A DNA stretch of 64,000 nt from the human T2T-CHM13v2.0 reference genome, Homo sapiens. The notes under the pieces were generated by a model. It did no database searches, had not been told where the DNA came from, and saw only the letters and a program-made list of their open reading frames with translations. This document shows, one piece after another, positions 38,860 to 53,692 of the stretch. The DNA lies in assembly GCF_009914755.1 (NCBI RefSeq), contig NC_060926.1; one strand, given 5' to 3'. The first letter of the stretch is position 1. Each line of letters opens with the position of its first letter. The position numbers and the translations under genes were made by a program.

Positions 38860-39045
38860 ATGGCTAGACCAGGTGTCAGGAGACTATGATTCAAATTCTG
38901 GCCCAACCATTCACTGTTTGATCCTCTGCAAGTTGCTAAGGCTCTCTCAGTCCCTAGCTGCCTCCTCTGTAAAATATGCTAACATCACCTACCAAAAAGG
39001 TTGCTGCTATCATTAAATGAGATAAAATATAAGAAGTGTACAAAT
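38860..39045 (+). mobile_element. MIR SINE
   Basis: ttcaaattctggcc..gcaagttgctaaggctctctcag..ctctgtaaaat..cattaaatgagataa. Confidence 0.7.
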
Positions 39046-40284
39046 GAAGGAGTGTGTGTGTGTAAGGTGAATCTTACTCTAATTAAAAAAAAAATAAGAA
39101 AGAGATGTCACCCTCACCCCTGCCCACCATCATTTAAATGCATTTCTGGTGTGGAAGTCAGACTTGATGCCACAATTGCCCCCTCATGAACTTTATTATC
39201 TTGGACAAGTGATGTTTGACCTCTCTAAACTCAAGCTTCTCATGTGCAACTAGGGTAATTGCATCTACTTGAGTATTGAAAATGTGCAGTCCTCTGCAGC
39301 TCACAGGCAGAACTCACAGCCATCAGCTTCATCTCTGATTTCAGCCTTGGCGATGCGTTCTGGCTCTTAGAGAAGGCAGAAGCACGTTGTATTGGAGCTT
39401 CTGTTGGGGAGAATTGTCAGCTTTTGGATTAATGAAATTACAGTCAGGGATGGTCGATCATAATTGGCTTTTGGTTTACTCATCCAAAAAGCCCCATGTG
39501 GTTCACATCAGTGGTTTCCTCAGTTTCAGTGTCCAATCACCGTCAATGTATATTTCTTCTGCACGGAGGCTCTTACTGCAGCATTTGGTTTAAGTGTTAG
39601 ATTTGTATTTTCTTCATGCATCCATTTGCTCTCAGACCAGTGGAATGCTTTAAGTATATCAAGTAAATAAATCAAATAATTTCCTCACAATGTGTGTCAA
39701 GGGCTGAGGGACTGTGTGTCTAATTTACTGCAAATCCAGAGGGATTATTTGGATTTGTGAAAAAGCAAAGAATTCCTCTCCTCTGATTCTATGTAAAGGA
39801 AGGGCCGAGAGCTTCCCGGCATTAGATTTAACTCTTTCCCTAGCATTTTCCATTGTGTTTCTCTGAATTCCATTTTTTTCTTTTTAAATTTTCTTTTTCA
39901 GAATAGTTCCAAGCAATGCTAACCTAGACATTTTTATAAACCCTTACTAAACAGCAGAAACTAAGAAGTCTGTGGGACCCTGGAGGCTATGCGGTAAGAC
40001 CTCCGCGATTCCAAGGTAAGATGCCGAGTTGCAAACGCCAGGTCCTCCTGCTGAGCCCTCACGGGTGGCAGTGCTGTGGCTGCTTCTCCCGATGCCCACC
40101 GAGCCCCGTGTTTTCTGGGAGTTAAGAAGTTATTCTGGCTTTATAGATAGATGTACAGTGGATTTCTTCCCCTGTGTTTTGTCTTAGGGGAAAGTTACTA
40201 TCAGTTGCCCCCACAAGCCCAGCTTGGTTTTCTTTTTCAGCATGGGCCCCACTCAGCCTGCAGCCTGAGCTCCAAAACCACAGA

Positions 40285-40525
40285 CCACCCACACCCACCT
40301 GCCAGGTTCACGCCCGCCCACATCCACCTGCCTCACCCCACCCACCTGCCTCGCCCCACCCACTTGCCACGTTCACACCCGCCCACATCCACCTGCCTCG
40401 CCCCACCCACCTGCCCCACCCACACATGCCTGCCTCTCCACACCTGCGCACACTCACGTGCCCCACCCACATTCACCTGCCCCACCCGCACCTGCCAGCC
40501 CCGCCCACACCCGCCTGCCCTGCCC
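40285..40525. repeat. C-rich degenerate minisatellite (ccacctgcctcgccccacc-like units)
   Basis: Repeated cacccacctgcc/ccacctgcc; source of the Pro/His-rich ORFs at 40151-40733. Confidence 0.85.
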
Positions 40526-41071
40526 ATCACAGGATTGCGGCCACTTCCCTGAGCCCTCTTATATTTCAAAGTTTATTTTGACCTTGGCATCTCAGATTTC
40601 TCTGTCTGCTGGCTCCATCTCCAATCCCAGCTCCACTCAATTACCACCTGCAGTCTTCTGTCTTATGCAAGATTTAATTTACGATTCCTACTTAGTCATC
40701 CAATTCCTAAAATCTTCTCCCTGCACTTTCTAAACTACCACGGTCTGGAATTCATTCCCAGAGAGACCACTGGAGGTCCGAGGGAGGAGTCCGGCCCACA
40801 TGCAGAGCCTGGCAAGACCGCAGCACCTCCTTTCTTGAGAATAAGGTCGCCTCCTTACAGGGTGGGTCCTGGCAGTCACACCCACACTTCACGATCCCAT
40901 CCCTCAGCCACAGAGGAGCACCTGAGAGTTGGTCTCTGGCTTAGGCCAAGGGATTCGTTCTCCTGCGAAGGTGTATGGGACACAGCAGCACCAGGGCCAC
41001 TGGTGCCTGTTAGGGCATAGGGTGTGGGTGTGGGAGGTGTTGGGTGGCCCTGCCGCCCTTGAGGGAGCGCT

Positions 41072-41098
41072 GGGAGGGAGGAGGCGGGAGCGAGAGGG
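41072..41098 (+). other. Canonical G-quadruplex motif in a purine-rich tract
   Basis: GGG a GGG aggaggc GGG agcgaga GGG (loops 1/7/7). Confidence 0.55.
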
Positions 41099-41424
41099 AG
41101 AGGAGAAGGGGCCTGGGAAGAGGGAGAGGGAAGAGAGCCACAGGAAGACATAGGCAGGCAGCCGCTCCGCGGTTCACTGTGGGCTCCACATCCTGCACCT
41201 GTTTCCCTGAGATTCCCCAATACACTTAATAATTAAATATTATTTTATTAATCGCTTAATCATATTTGAGTCCAACTAAAATAATGTTGATTAAGGTACT
41301 TGTCATTCTCCTTGTGACCTCCTTCCCTCATTTATCCTGCCACTCAACAATGTTTCTTCCCCAAATAAGTTGTTTGAGCTCCCCTCTTGCCATCCTTTCC
41401 CCACCTTCCCTCAAAGGTGAGGGA

Positions 41425-42008
41425 GTGTCAGAATCCCCTGCAGGGCCTGGTGGAAACACAGCTGCCAGGCCCCATCCTCAGAGCTCCTGATTCAGTAGAT
41501 TTGGGCAGAGCAGGAGAATTTGCCCTTTTAACAAGATCCCAGGTGTTATGTATTGAATTGGGTCCCGTCAAAAGTCACATTGAAGTCCTAAACCCTGACA
41601 CCTGGGAATATGACCTCATGTGGAAATCAGGTCTTAGCAGATACAATCAAATTAAGATGGGATTACACAAGAGTGGAGTGGGCTCTAATTCAGTGACCGG
41701 CGTGTTTATGAGAAGGTAGGATTTTGGGCACAGACACTCGGGAGGACATCCAATGATGAAAGAGACAGAGGTTGGAGGGATGTATCCGGAAGACAAGCAG
41801 CACCTAGGATGGCCGGTAACCACCAGCAGCCAGGAAGCCTCAGGAGGAACCAGCCTGCTGACACCTTGATTTTGGACTTCTGGCCTCCAGAGCTGTAAGA
41901 GAAAAGAATTCTGTTGTTTGAAGACACTCAGTTTGTGGGACTTTGTTATGGCAGCCCCCAGAACTAAAACACCATGCTGCTGCTGATGATTCGGGGACCC
42001 CACTTTTT
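41425..42008. mobile_element. MER5A split by an MLT1C LTR
   Basis: cagaatcccctgcagggcctgg..ctcagagctcctgattcagtag..ttaacaagatcccagg resumes after the LTR as atgctgctgctg..ggggaccccacttt. Confidence 0.7.
41544..41971 (+). mobile_element. MLT1C solo LTR
   Basis: tgttatgtattgaattg..ttgaagtcctaaacc...ccagcctgctgacaccttgattttggacttctggcctccagagctgtaagag..ttgttatggcagcc..aca; TSD ccagg/ccatg. Confidence 0.85.
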
Positions 42009-42127
42009 GATGGAGGCTATAGAATGTCCCTTAGTGGATTCTTCTTGCCCCACCTCACACCCTTCCAACTGATCTCCACTCTACTGCTGGCATTAGCAAT
42101 TTGAAATACAGATCAGTAATGCCATTA

Positions 42128-42991
<864 letters not shown>

Positions 42992-43701
42992 ATTTCTTCG
43001 GTCAAAAATAAGCGGAGCTCCTTAGCAGGCATTGAAGAATGTGAGTGATGTTGTTTCGTTTCATACTAGAGTGTGTGTGCACACGTGTGTGCACGTGGGT
43101 CTTTATCCCTGACCTTCCATTTGAACACACACCTGCTGCCTCTGGGTCTCCTGTTGAGCTTCACAGTACTGTACAAGCTCTTAGCCGAACTCAGCCTAAA
43201 ACATCCACCCTGAAAATTCTCCTTGTCCTTCAATGCTGGACTGAAGTTCTGCTTTCCCTAGGCATATATGTGTGGAAGTACCTTGCATAAAGTTATATCT
43301 TTTTATCCGGTGTTTTGACAGCTTCAATCATTTGATTTTTATGTTATTCCTGTGGAGAACAGCACAAATGTCTTTGCTTATATTTCATGGAAGAAAATTC
43401 AATTCCCTAATATCATATAGGCAGTTAACAGCAGAGATAGGATTTGAACACAGAACATCTGATTCCAAATCCTATACAATGCTCTCACTTTTTTCCTGCC
43501 ATCACCTAAAAATGTGTGTGCATCTCCCCGAGAGTTTCTTTCTCATCCTTTGTTTTATTATTAGTTGTTTACACAGTAGGCTCCAGGAGAAGAGTTATTT
43601 TTAGATCGCTTAACATATCTGGATCCATATCTAGCATATATTAGAAAATTAGTGTTTGAGGGAGAAAGAAAGAAAGGGAAGAAGAAAAATAAATAAATAT
43701 T

Positions 43702-44061
<360 letters not shown>

Positions 44062-47000
44062 TTAGAGTGAGTGGTAATTTAGATGGCACAATGCATTTAT
44101 TTTACAAACTTATGTACTTTGCTAAGTAAAATGTGCATTTATATGTATAGATTTGAACATTACATATGTCTGTGAATGCATATATGTGCTTATCATATAT
44201 GTATTCTTATACCCTGCCAACTAAGTTCTTCGTTTATCCCATGAAGGTGCTTGTTTTGAATACTGTCCTTTTATCAACATTTTTGTGAATAAAGGATGAA
44301 TTATACAGACATGGGCCTTTGCAATGCATACACTATTATTCATATGTTTTTACACTGATGTTTAGTCTATTTTTTTCAGTGTCTTGCAGCCATATGCGGC
44401 TCTTGATCTGCATAAGAAACTCTCCCAATGGGAGTTACAAAAATCTAGGATAGTAGAATAGTAATCAGCATTCGTTTCATGACTTGTTCTATTTTGTTTT
44501 GTTTTTTTTGAGAAATCGACAAAATTATACATTATATCCTTCTACTAAAAATGGAAGGTTTTGTTTTCCCAAAGCTGGATTCTTTACAGAGCCAGTGATT
44601 GGACACTCTTTTATAGGTAGAACTCGAGAGTTGTCTTGGTTGCTCTCAAAAGGAATCCTGGAAGAAGAACTGGATGCATCTTGGTCCTCTGTGAGAAACA
44701 TAAATAAAGGGTTCAACTTCATGGACCGAGCACTTGCACATCCTCTGAGAATTCACCGCATTCCTCCCTGCATGCTTCCTTTCTTGGCAAATGCGTTTCC
44801 CTGGGACCTTTTAGTACATTTCTTAAGTCCTGGAGTTAGGCTTTACCCAATAATGTTTGGACAAGCAGTCAGAAAGAGCCACCACTAGGCAGGGTTTTCT
44901 CTATAAAGTCAACTTCCTGCTGGAATAACTTGGAGGCCGGGATGGCCAAAAACAAATCCGAGGGGCCTGGCTCCAGGCAGCAGCCTCTTTCACCCCCATG
45001 TGTTCAGCCACTCCCAGAACCATTGTTCCTCTGGGTAGGAAATGAAGGAGGGGCTCTTCCACTTCAGCCAAAGAGGAAATGGGGAGCCTTTGCCTGTGCA
45101 TATTGCATGAGACCGCCACCCCCAAATTATGCAGATAAGAGTGGTTGAATCCAGCAGTCAGGCACAGAAAGGGAAAACCCAGCTAAGTACAGTAATTATA
45201 AATCAAAGAGACCTGCCTGTTACGGGTGTCATTTGGAGAAGCTTGTGGGCTCATTTCCCTTTAAGGGCTGAGTTGCGGGACTGTTGTTGACTGTGATTTG
45301 AAACTCCCTCCCCTGTGGGCTGGTTGTCATCATTGTTCTCTCAACACATGCACCAGGCTTGGCTTAATTAGTGGTGTGTTGTTGGGGTGGGCCAAATTTT
45401 ATATCCTGGCATTGGGGGAGGTGTAAAGTTGCGGCCACAATTGTCTGGAGATGTTGATCAAATCCAGATTACGTGAGCCTGGGGCACAGTTGGCGCAGCT
45501 TTCCTTACCAAAACAGGCTAATAAACAAGTAAATAAGAGGGGAAATGCTCTCATGCTTATTAGTGAGTTGGAGTCCCTCTATCTTTTTTTTTTTTTTAAG
45601 TAAAACTAGATCGTTTCTGAAATTTTTAGGCTTGACTTTGCAGCATGCTTTTTTTTTTTTGCTTTCTTTTTCATTTGCATATTTCCTAGGAGACAGGCTC
45701 CCATCTAACCGTGGATTAGGATTTGAAAAATCAGTAAATTTTATGCTTTTAGAATGTCATTTTCTTTGTGAAAATGGAAGCACTGGTGGCTACTCCTTGT
45801 TGTAACTACTGTGTTTTCCACACTCCATGTAAATTAAAGTGTATATAAACACTAATGCTAGGAAGTTGCTTGATGAAAATACATACTGGATTCTGAAATG
45901 CACAGAGACTTTTTTAAAAATGTTTGTCAAAATACACTGCTTACAGTGCATTTTCTCCCAATATCTCAGCATCAAAATTCCTCAGAGTAGGATAGATTAA
46001 GTGGTCATAAAATGCAAAACATATGCATACATATATACATGGATTTTATATATATATTTACATATATGGTAGAGCAAAAAACAGCATAAAACAATCTATT
46101 TTTTCTGTGTCTAATAATTCTAATTTTATTACACTTTAATATAATTTAAATATATTGTATATAATATACATAATATATTTAAATAAATACATATTTTAAA
46201 TATAATTGTATATGTATGTATGTATGTATATTTGGCAGAGCAAAGGTTTCTAAATACTTGTTCAAAGACATTTTGTGTAGAAAATGACAAAACAACACAA
46301 CTCCTTCTGTAATAACCCAGAAAAAGAAGAAAGCCTAGTGTGTCTAGTCCTCTTGGGGATCTAAGTACATGAATTACATTAGGCAAATCTGGTTCCTCCT
46401 CTATAAAAAGAGGAGACTGGACTAAGTCCTTTAGCAGGTCCTCCCCACCCAGTTGTTCCAGGACGCGAAACCTTCACAAATTGAAGGTCTCCTCCATCTA
46501 CCTTCAATCTGTTGTTTGCAGGTAGAATTACCAATTTCAATCAAGATAAAATTGTTAGGCACAGAAAAAAACAAAACAAAACTGGATCATCAGATGCCAA
46601 GTCATTTTCAAACGTCTATTTAATTTCCCGCACACATAGCGCTGTGATGCTGCATGAAACCGCTTTCTTCTTTCATGCAATTGGAAATCAGAATCCACCA
46701 GCCCCAGTTAATGTGTTCATGAATCAAGAATGAACAAGATCTAGATCTTCATTGCGGCCTAATTGGGGTTTAATTAACTTGGGTGCTCTTTGGTGAAGAG
46801 AAAAACAAATATGGGGGAAGAAAACACACAGTCTCCATGTCACAAAGGGCTTTGGGGATTTCCAGAGGTTTTTAAAGCCAGGGGGTTGCAACTTCTCACA
46901 CAGCTCAGGCACACACCCCAGGACAAGCGGGCTGTGGGACATTTGCCAAACTGTTTACTTTTGCTTATAGTATCCGCTTGTGCGGGTCGAGGTGTCACTA

Positions 47001-48094
47001 CGAGGATACCTCTGCCTGTAGGTGCAGCAAGAGAAAAGCAAGGTGGATTCGATGTCTCAGGCTCAGCTTTGGAATCACATGGAGTGTCCTCTAGGCACCG
47101 GCCTTTGAGGGTCAACAAGTGCTTGGGCTGCGGTTCAGATATCCCTTCGAGGGCTGCTTCTCTCCCAGCTGCCAGGTCTGGCTTCTTTGGTCTCTGAACT
47201 CAGGGTGTCGTCCTGCCATCTCTACTGCGAAGCTAATCAGGACCTGTCATGGAGGTCTCTGTGGAGGATCCCACTTTTCTTAGCCAGCCAAATGCTCTGT
47301 CTTTAGTAAACACATCTAGGGGAAAGATGCTGAAGTAAAAGCAAAACAAAAGGGACCCACTTTTCAACTATGATGTAATCCTTGCAGTAGTCCAGACCTC
47401 AATTGGCAGGGTTAGAATTACAATTTGGAGACAGACAAGAACGTGAAAACACAGTGGAGATGTAAGCAGGACACTGGAAACTGGAGGGCATCAGAGAGGC
47501 ATTGGAGCAGGGTGCATGGTGCTGCAGGTTACACACTGAAGACCTCAGCCAGTGGAAAACACAGGTTAGGTCGTCAAAAGACTCTGGTTTGGTCAGTTGG
47601 AAAACTTTATATGTTTTGAATGAACATTTCTAGACATTTCCAAAAGCATTTTCTTATTAAGAAAAACTTTTTTTTTTCTTTCAGGACAGCAATCTGATAT
47701 CCTCTCTCTCTCTGGGGGCACATTACGGTAGGATTTGGATGCTCACACATTACCTTCTTACCCTCTCCTTCACCCTCTTTCTCTCTGAGACTCACCTGGC
47801 TCCTGTTTCCTCAGCCTTACAGATGTTGCTCGTGGCCACTACAGCCAGCAAACTGTGCCTTGCTTAAGATAGCAACATCTGGGGAAAGTTTTACAGAGAT
47901 GCCCTGTCAGGTCACTGCCCTAGGAGCTATGTCAGGAAACTGTTTCTTGAGAATGAGGTTTTAACAAAGTCCTTCTGGCCCCTTAGCGTCCAGTCCCCTT
48001 GAAAAATGGAAGGTCAAGGCAGGTCCTTCTGTTTTACTCCCTCAGGTTACAAGAGCAGCCCTGTTGGCAAGAACCTGGTGGGTGATAATGATAC

Positions 48095-48235
48095 ATACAG
48101 AGAGAGATGGCTGGATAGATGCATTAGCTAGGTGCATAGATAGTAGGCAGCTAGATGGATGACAGGTCGTAGATAAATAGGTAGATGAGAGAGATATATC
48201 TATATAGATGAATATAAATGTTAGACATAGATATC
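48095..48235. repeat. Degenerate (TAGA)n/GATA low-complexity tract
   Basis: gatggctggatagatgcattagctagg..atagatagtagg..tagataaataggtagatgag. Confidence 0.65.
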
Positions 48236-49392
48236 CTAAAAATAAAAATAAAGTTTAACCATCCAGAAAATGCAGACTGTACAAGTATCGACAGAATCCA
48301 CTGCCTAAAGCTGGAAGGAATGTACACAACTCAGGCCCCTGCTGTCCACCCAGTAGGTACTTGACAGTGGCCGTGGGACCTGGCTTGAGACACAGCAGGA
48401 AACACTGGTGCGACTAAACCCAAAAGCCTCGACTGAGTCGGAAGCACGTTAGTTGTGTTGAAACGAATTGTGCCATCGCTTCAGAACTGGGCCTTAAAAT
48501 AAGCCCCGAGCTAAGATGTAACTGGCCTGGCCAAGGAAGCAGTTTCACAGCCAAGCAACACAGACTCTGAACTCCTCCTGTGAATTTGCAAGTGTGAAAC
48601 CTGACCCTGAAGGGGAGGCAGGGGTGAGGGTGTGCAGGGTGCTGCATTTGGAAGCTGTGCCGCGGCGTTTTCCCCGTGCCAGAAAAAGATCTTTAAATCA
48701 CTTTAGTTCAGCACATGGCAGGCTCCATTCAACTGGCCAGACAAGCATCTGTGGTAACTCTTGGGAAATAAAAACCTTGCAACTTGCAGTCAAAGTCAGC
48801 TCTGCATTTCCTGTGAGGCTGAGAGCAAGGGAGGGGCAAGGAGACGAGAAGGCCATTTGTTTCTGCTTCCTCAGAGATGAAAGGAGGCTGCTTAGGAAAC
48901 TTCTCTCTGGGTCTGTGCTCCCCATTCTTCACCCCACCCTGCAAATCCCTGCATAGGTCAGTACAGAGGGGCTAGGGCACTGCCGGAAATGGAGTAATAT
49001 GACCACGACACTGAAATCATAGCATCGAAATGCCCAGTGTAACATACAATCGTGTTCGGAGTGTTACAGGATGATATACCTTGGGAAACAATTCTTGCTT
49101 CTTTCTTGGCAATACAGAAGTGTGGGGGATGTGTGTGTGCGTGTGTGTGTGTGTGTTTTCCATTCCACTGGTAGGTTTTTAGGATATTTAAAAAATGCTT
49201 TCTGGATCTGCAAGGGAATACATTTTCCCAATGTATGCTATGTTCAAAATACTAAAATATACCTCCTGGCTGAGATAGATCATTAGGAGACAGAGAGATG
49301 ACAGAGATAGATAGGTATAGATGTAAAGAGTTTACAAAATTCTAGTGTCACCATTGTTTCACAATACAGAAGTTAAAGGCTAGGGGCATACC

Positions 49393-49739
<347 letters not shown>

Positions 49740-50225
49740 TCAAATAAGCACCAATACTTAAGCATCAGGCTATGTGAATTCTAACTGAACTCTTTCCCCC
49801 AGCTACCTGTGTCCCTTCTCTTGGGGCCTCAGTTTTCAATCTGTAAGTAACAATGGTGGATTATATAATCACTAAACTTTCCCACCCTAAAAAGCCATGG
49901 TAATTTGTTGAATTACTGAGAAAAGAATTGAAGAAAAAACAGGAACTCAGAGAAACAGAAGGTCAGAAAGATTTCTTTAGTGCACATTAGAGTTGGAAAA
50001 TAAGGCACATGGGAGGCTGCAACAGGTCATCAAAGGTTGATTAAATATAAAACAGAAGAATCTCTCCATGTTGAATAAAAATTTAAATAAAAGGAAAATC
50101 ACCTAGACACTCAAAGGAGTGTTTAACTGTGTCTAACTGTTTATAAAGCTGGAAGCACTAGTAGTATAGTGGGTGGAACTTCATGGGTGGAAGAGATAGG
50201 ATTTTTCTGGAAGGACCATAGGGGT

Positions 50226-50698
50226 GTTTCTAGGCTCACATATTCTCCAAGAACTTTGTGGTGCCCCATCGAGAGAGTCTATTTTCCTACCTACTGAAAT
50301 TGGGAGGCCTTTGTGACCCCTCAACAGATAAAACATGGCAGCAATGATGCGCCTTTGACTTCTGAGGCCAGGTGACAGAAGGCAACCAGCTTCTATTTAT
50401 CTCTCTCTCCATGCCCACCCTGGGAACCTGACCACCATGTTGTAGTGAGTTCAGGCCACACAGCGAGGCTGCATGAAACTGTTCCAGCCTAAGGCCAGCT
50501 AAGGTGTCAGCAAGAGCCAGCATTGACCCCTGGCATGGGAGTGTGTGGCCTGCAGATGACTGTGACCTTTGAGCCTCCCCAGCTGACATCAAGTAGAACA
50601 GAAATGATCCATCCCTGCAGAGCACTTCCACATAATACCGAAGCCTGAAGGTGTGAGCTATTGAGGAGATTTGTCATATGGCCACAATAACTGGATCA
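50226..50698 (+). mobile_element. MLT1G/H-like MaLR LTR
   Basis: tgacttctgaggccagg..accaccatgttgtag..aggccacacagcgagg..ccccagctgacatc..atttgtcatatggccacaataactgg. Confidence 0.65.
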
Positions 50699-52115
50699 AG
50701 GGGTCAATGCTTGAAACCTAGAGAAGAAAGAGTTTTCATCGCTTGGGGTGAAAAAAAAAAACAGATCTTTAAATGTTTAACTATTATGTCAAAACGAAGT
50801 TAAACTGAAGCCACCAGATCTGGTTTGGATCTCTGTACCTTATTTCAGGCATGGGATGAACCGAGCAATATTTTCTCCTCAGGAAATGTGCTTCGAATAG
50901 CACCCACCTAGCACATAGGAGGTGCTACATGAGTATTTGTTAAACAACATGAAAACAAATGTTGCTCTTATGCATAGATGTGTGAAAAAGGGAAACAAGA
51001 ACATCTCCAAAAGTAAAGGAAATGTGAAAGGTGCTGCCCAGGAGTTCCTGCTAAGAGGTTTATGAAAGTTATCTTCTGGATTTCTGCCCCACGGGCCCAG
51101 GATAGCAAAAGCCAGGGTTCGTAAACTGAGAGCACAGTTGTTAAATAGGCTCCAAATTCTGTGGCCTGTGGTGTTTTTGTTGCCCAAATTATAACTTCAG
51201 ATGTCATAGGTGCATGACAAAGACAGATCTCAGAGGTGAATCACAATCCAAGGACTCCCAAGGAAACAGAGATTTTCCAGTAAATATCCAGAATAAATAT
51301 TTTCACAATTTGTGCTAATTCTGTAAATATGTGATTTTTCCTTTTCATTTTCTGACTCTAGTCACCTCAAAGAAACAGCAGCACTGTTAAATGGGTGTGA
51401 ACCACTCTTGACTCCCTAGTTAGGGTAAAATATTTAGAAATCTCTGAGGGTCTACTAAAAAATTTCCCACATCAGCAAACTATGTTTGTGGTGGAGTATT
51501 ATTAATGGGAAGTTGGTAATGTCTTTCAATTGCACAAAAGACCTTTCTTGTTAACAACATCAGAATTGGACTCCATGCATTTACCTAGCTTTGTGAAACT
51601 GGACAATTCTAAACTCTAAGACTGATTTGACCCTCTTTGAGTATCCAGCATGCACTAAACACTGTGGCAGGTTTTGACTTATGAAACCAAGGGAGCACTG
51701 ATTCTCCCCTATAGGGGATTATAGCACAGTAGAGAAAGACAGGTAACGAAAAAGGACAGGAAAGAATTAGGAAACAGAAAGGTAGACCCCCTTGAACCCA
51801 CGCTTATCTTCAGGCAACTCTAAGCCAATTCTAATTTGTGTTGGACGTTATTTTCTGCTCAGTATAGTATTAAGTAAAAGTAAGATTCCAGATACATACA
51901 TTTTTCCTCTACCTGAAATCATTCACCAAAATCTATCTAAATTGAATATATATATTTATATAATATATAGTATATATTTATATATTATATGTAGATATAC
52001 ATACATATAAACATTGAGGGAAATAATTAAAGATATATATGAATATATCTCAACCTGTATCAGCTCTGTGAGTCTGCATACCATAAGTAATCCTTTAAAA
52101 AAATATATAGCATGT

Positions 52116-52220
52116 AGTTGTGGGTCAAATTGTGTCCCCTACCCCCAAAACATATGTTGAAGTCCTAGCCTCCAGTACTTCAGAATGTTGCAGATGTCAT
52201 TAGTTAGGAGTATATCACAC
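52116..52220 (+). mobile_element. MLT1C-like LTR, 5' part (interrupted by L1)
   Basis: ttgtgggtcaaattgtgtcccc..caaaacatatgttgaagtcctagcctccagtacttcagaatg. Confidence 0.8.
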
Positions 52221-53634
52221 AGAGAAGAGACAGAGCAGGATGGTCAAATAGAAGCCTCCAGCAATCATTCTTCCTGCAGGAACATGGAATTGAATAGAAA
52301 GCACACAAAATACACACAGAACTTTTACAGGAACCAAAAAGCGGTGAGCAATTACAGTACCTGTTCTTAACATCATATAAAGGAAAGAGACACTGAGGAG
52401 GGTAAGAAAGTCTTGAATTGTCCACACCAGCCCTTGCCCATTTCCTGGCAGCAGCCACATTGTGTGGAGAGAGAATCTGTAAGCTTGGGGGAGAGAGAGT
52501 GCAGTGATTATGGGACAGCTGGGACAGCCAAGGGAGTGCTTGTGTCACCGCTACCCCAGCCACAGGCAGTGAAGGTAACACCTCCAGGAGAGCCTCTTTC
52601 CCTCTGCTTAAAAAGAAGAGAAGTGAGAGTCAAGAGGATGTTGTCTCATAACTTGGATAAAAACTCATCCATAGAAGAATAGGGCACCAGGAAGTCCTAA
52701 GGCAATCCCATTGCAGGCACTAGCTCCTGGATGACATTTCCAGACAAACCCTGGGCCAGAAGAGAACCTGGTGCCTTGAAGGGAAGAATCTAGTCCTGGC
52801 AGAATTCATCACCTTCTGACTAAAGTGCACATGAGCCCTGAATAATCAACAGTGGTATCCGGGCAGTACCCACCACAGGCCTTGGATGAGACTCAGATGT
52901 GCTCACTTCAGGTGTGATCCAGCACATCCCCAGCTGTAGTGGCTATGGAGAGAAACCCCTTCTGCCTGAGGAAAGGAGAGGAAAAAACAAAGGGGACTTT
53001 GTCTTGCAGCTTGGCCACAGTGGTATTACAGCACCAAATGGACTCCTGGAGTCCCCAGTTTCAGGCCTTAGCTTCTGGGTGGCATTCCTGGACCTTCCCT
53101 GGGCCAGAGAAAACCCCACTGCCCTGGAGGGAGAGACTTGGGACGGGCAGCAGTCACCACAAGCTTACTGAAGAGCCCTTGGGCCTTGAGTGAATATTGG
53201 TGGTAGCCAGGCAATATTTGCCATGGTCTTAGAGTGGTGGTGGCCAGTGAGACAGACTTCTTTGAGGGAAGAGCAAGGAAGAGTGGGAAGAGCTTTTTCT
53301 TGAAGCTTTGGTGTCAGCTCAGCCACAGTAGATTAGAGCACCAGGTACATTCCTAAGGTTCTCAACTCCAGGCCCTGGCTCCCAGATGACATTTCTGGAC
53401 CTATCTCAAGCTAGGGGAAACTTGCTGCCCTGAAGGGAGGAATACAAGCCTGGCTGGATTAGCCACTTGCTGATTGTACAGCCCTTGTGCTTTCAGTGAA
53501 TATAGATGGTAGCCAGGCAGTGGTCACTGCAGGCCTTGGGTGAAACCCAGTGCTGTGCTGACATTGGGTCAGTCCCAGTGCTGGTGGCCACAGAGGTGTT
53601 TGTGTCACCCCTCTCCAGCTCTAGGAAGCTTAGC

Positions 53635-53636
<2 letters not shown>

Positions 53637-53691
<55 letters not shown>
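53637..53691. repeat. (AG)n microsatellite inside the L1 5' UTR
   Basis: Read directly; gives the ERERER ORFs. Confidence 0.95.

Positions 53692-53692
<1 letters not shown>

Noticed and set aside
40285-40525. PRDM9-A hotspot motif CCNCCNTNNCCNC in the C-rich repeat
   Set aside because: The units I checked by eye lack the required T at position 7
40151-40733. Pro/His-rich ORFs of up to 135 aa
   Set aside because: Translations of the C-rich minisatellite; open in several frames
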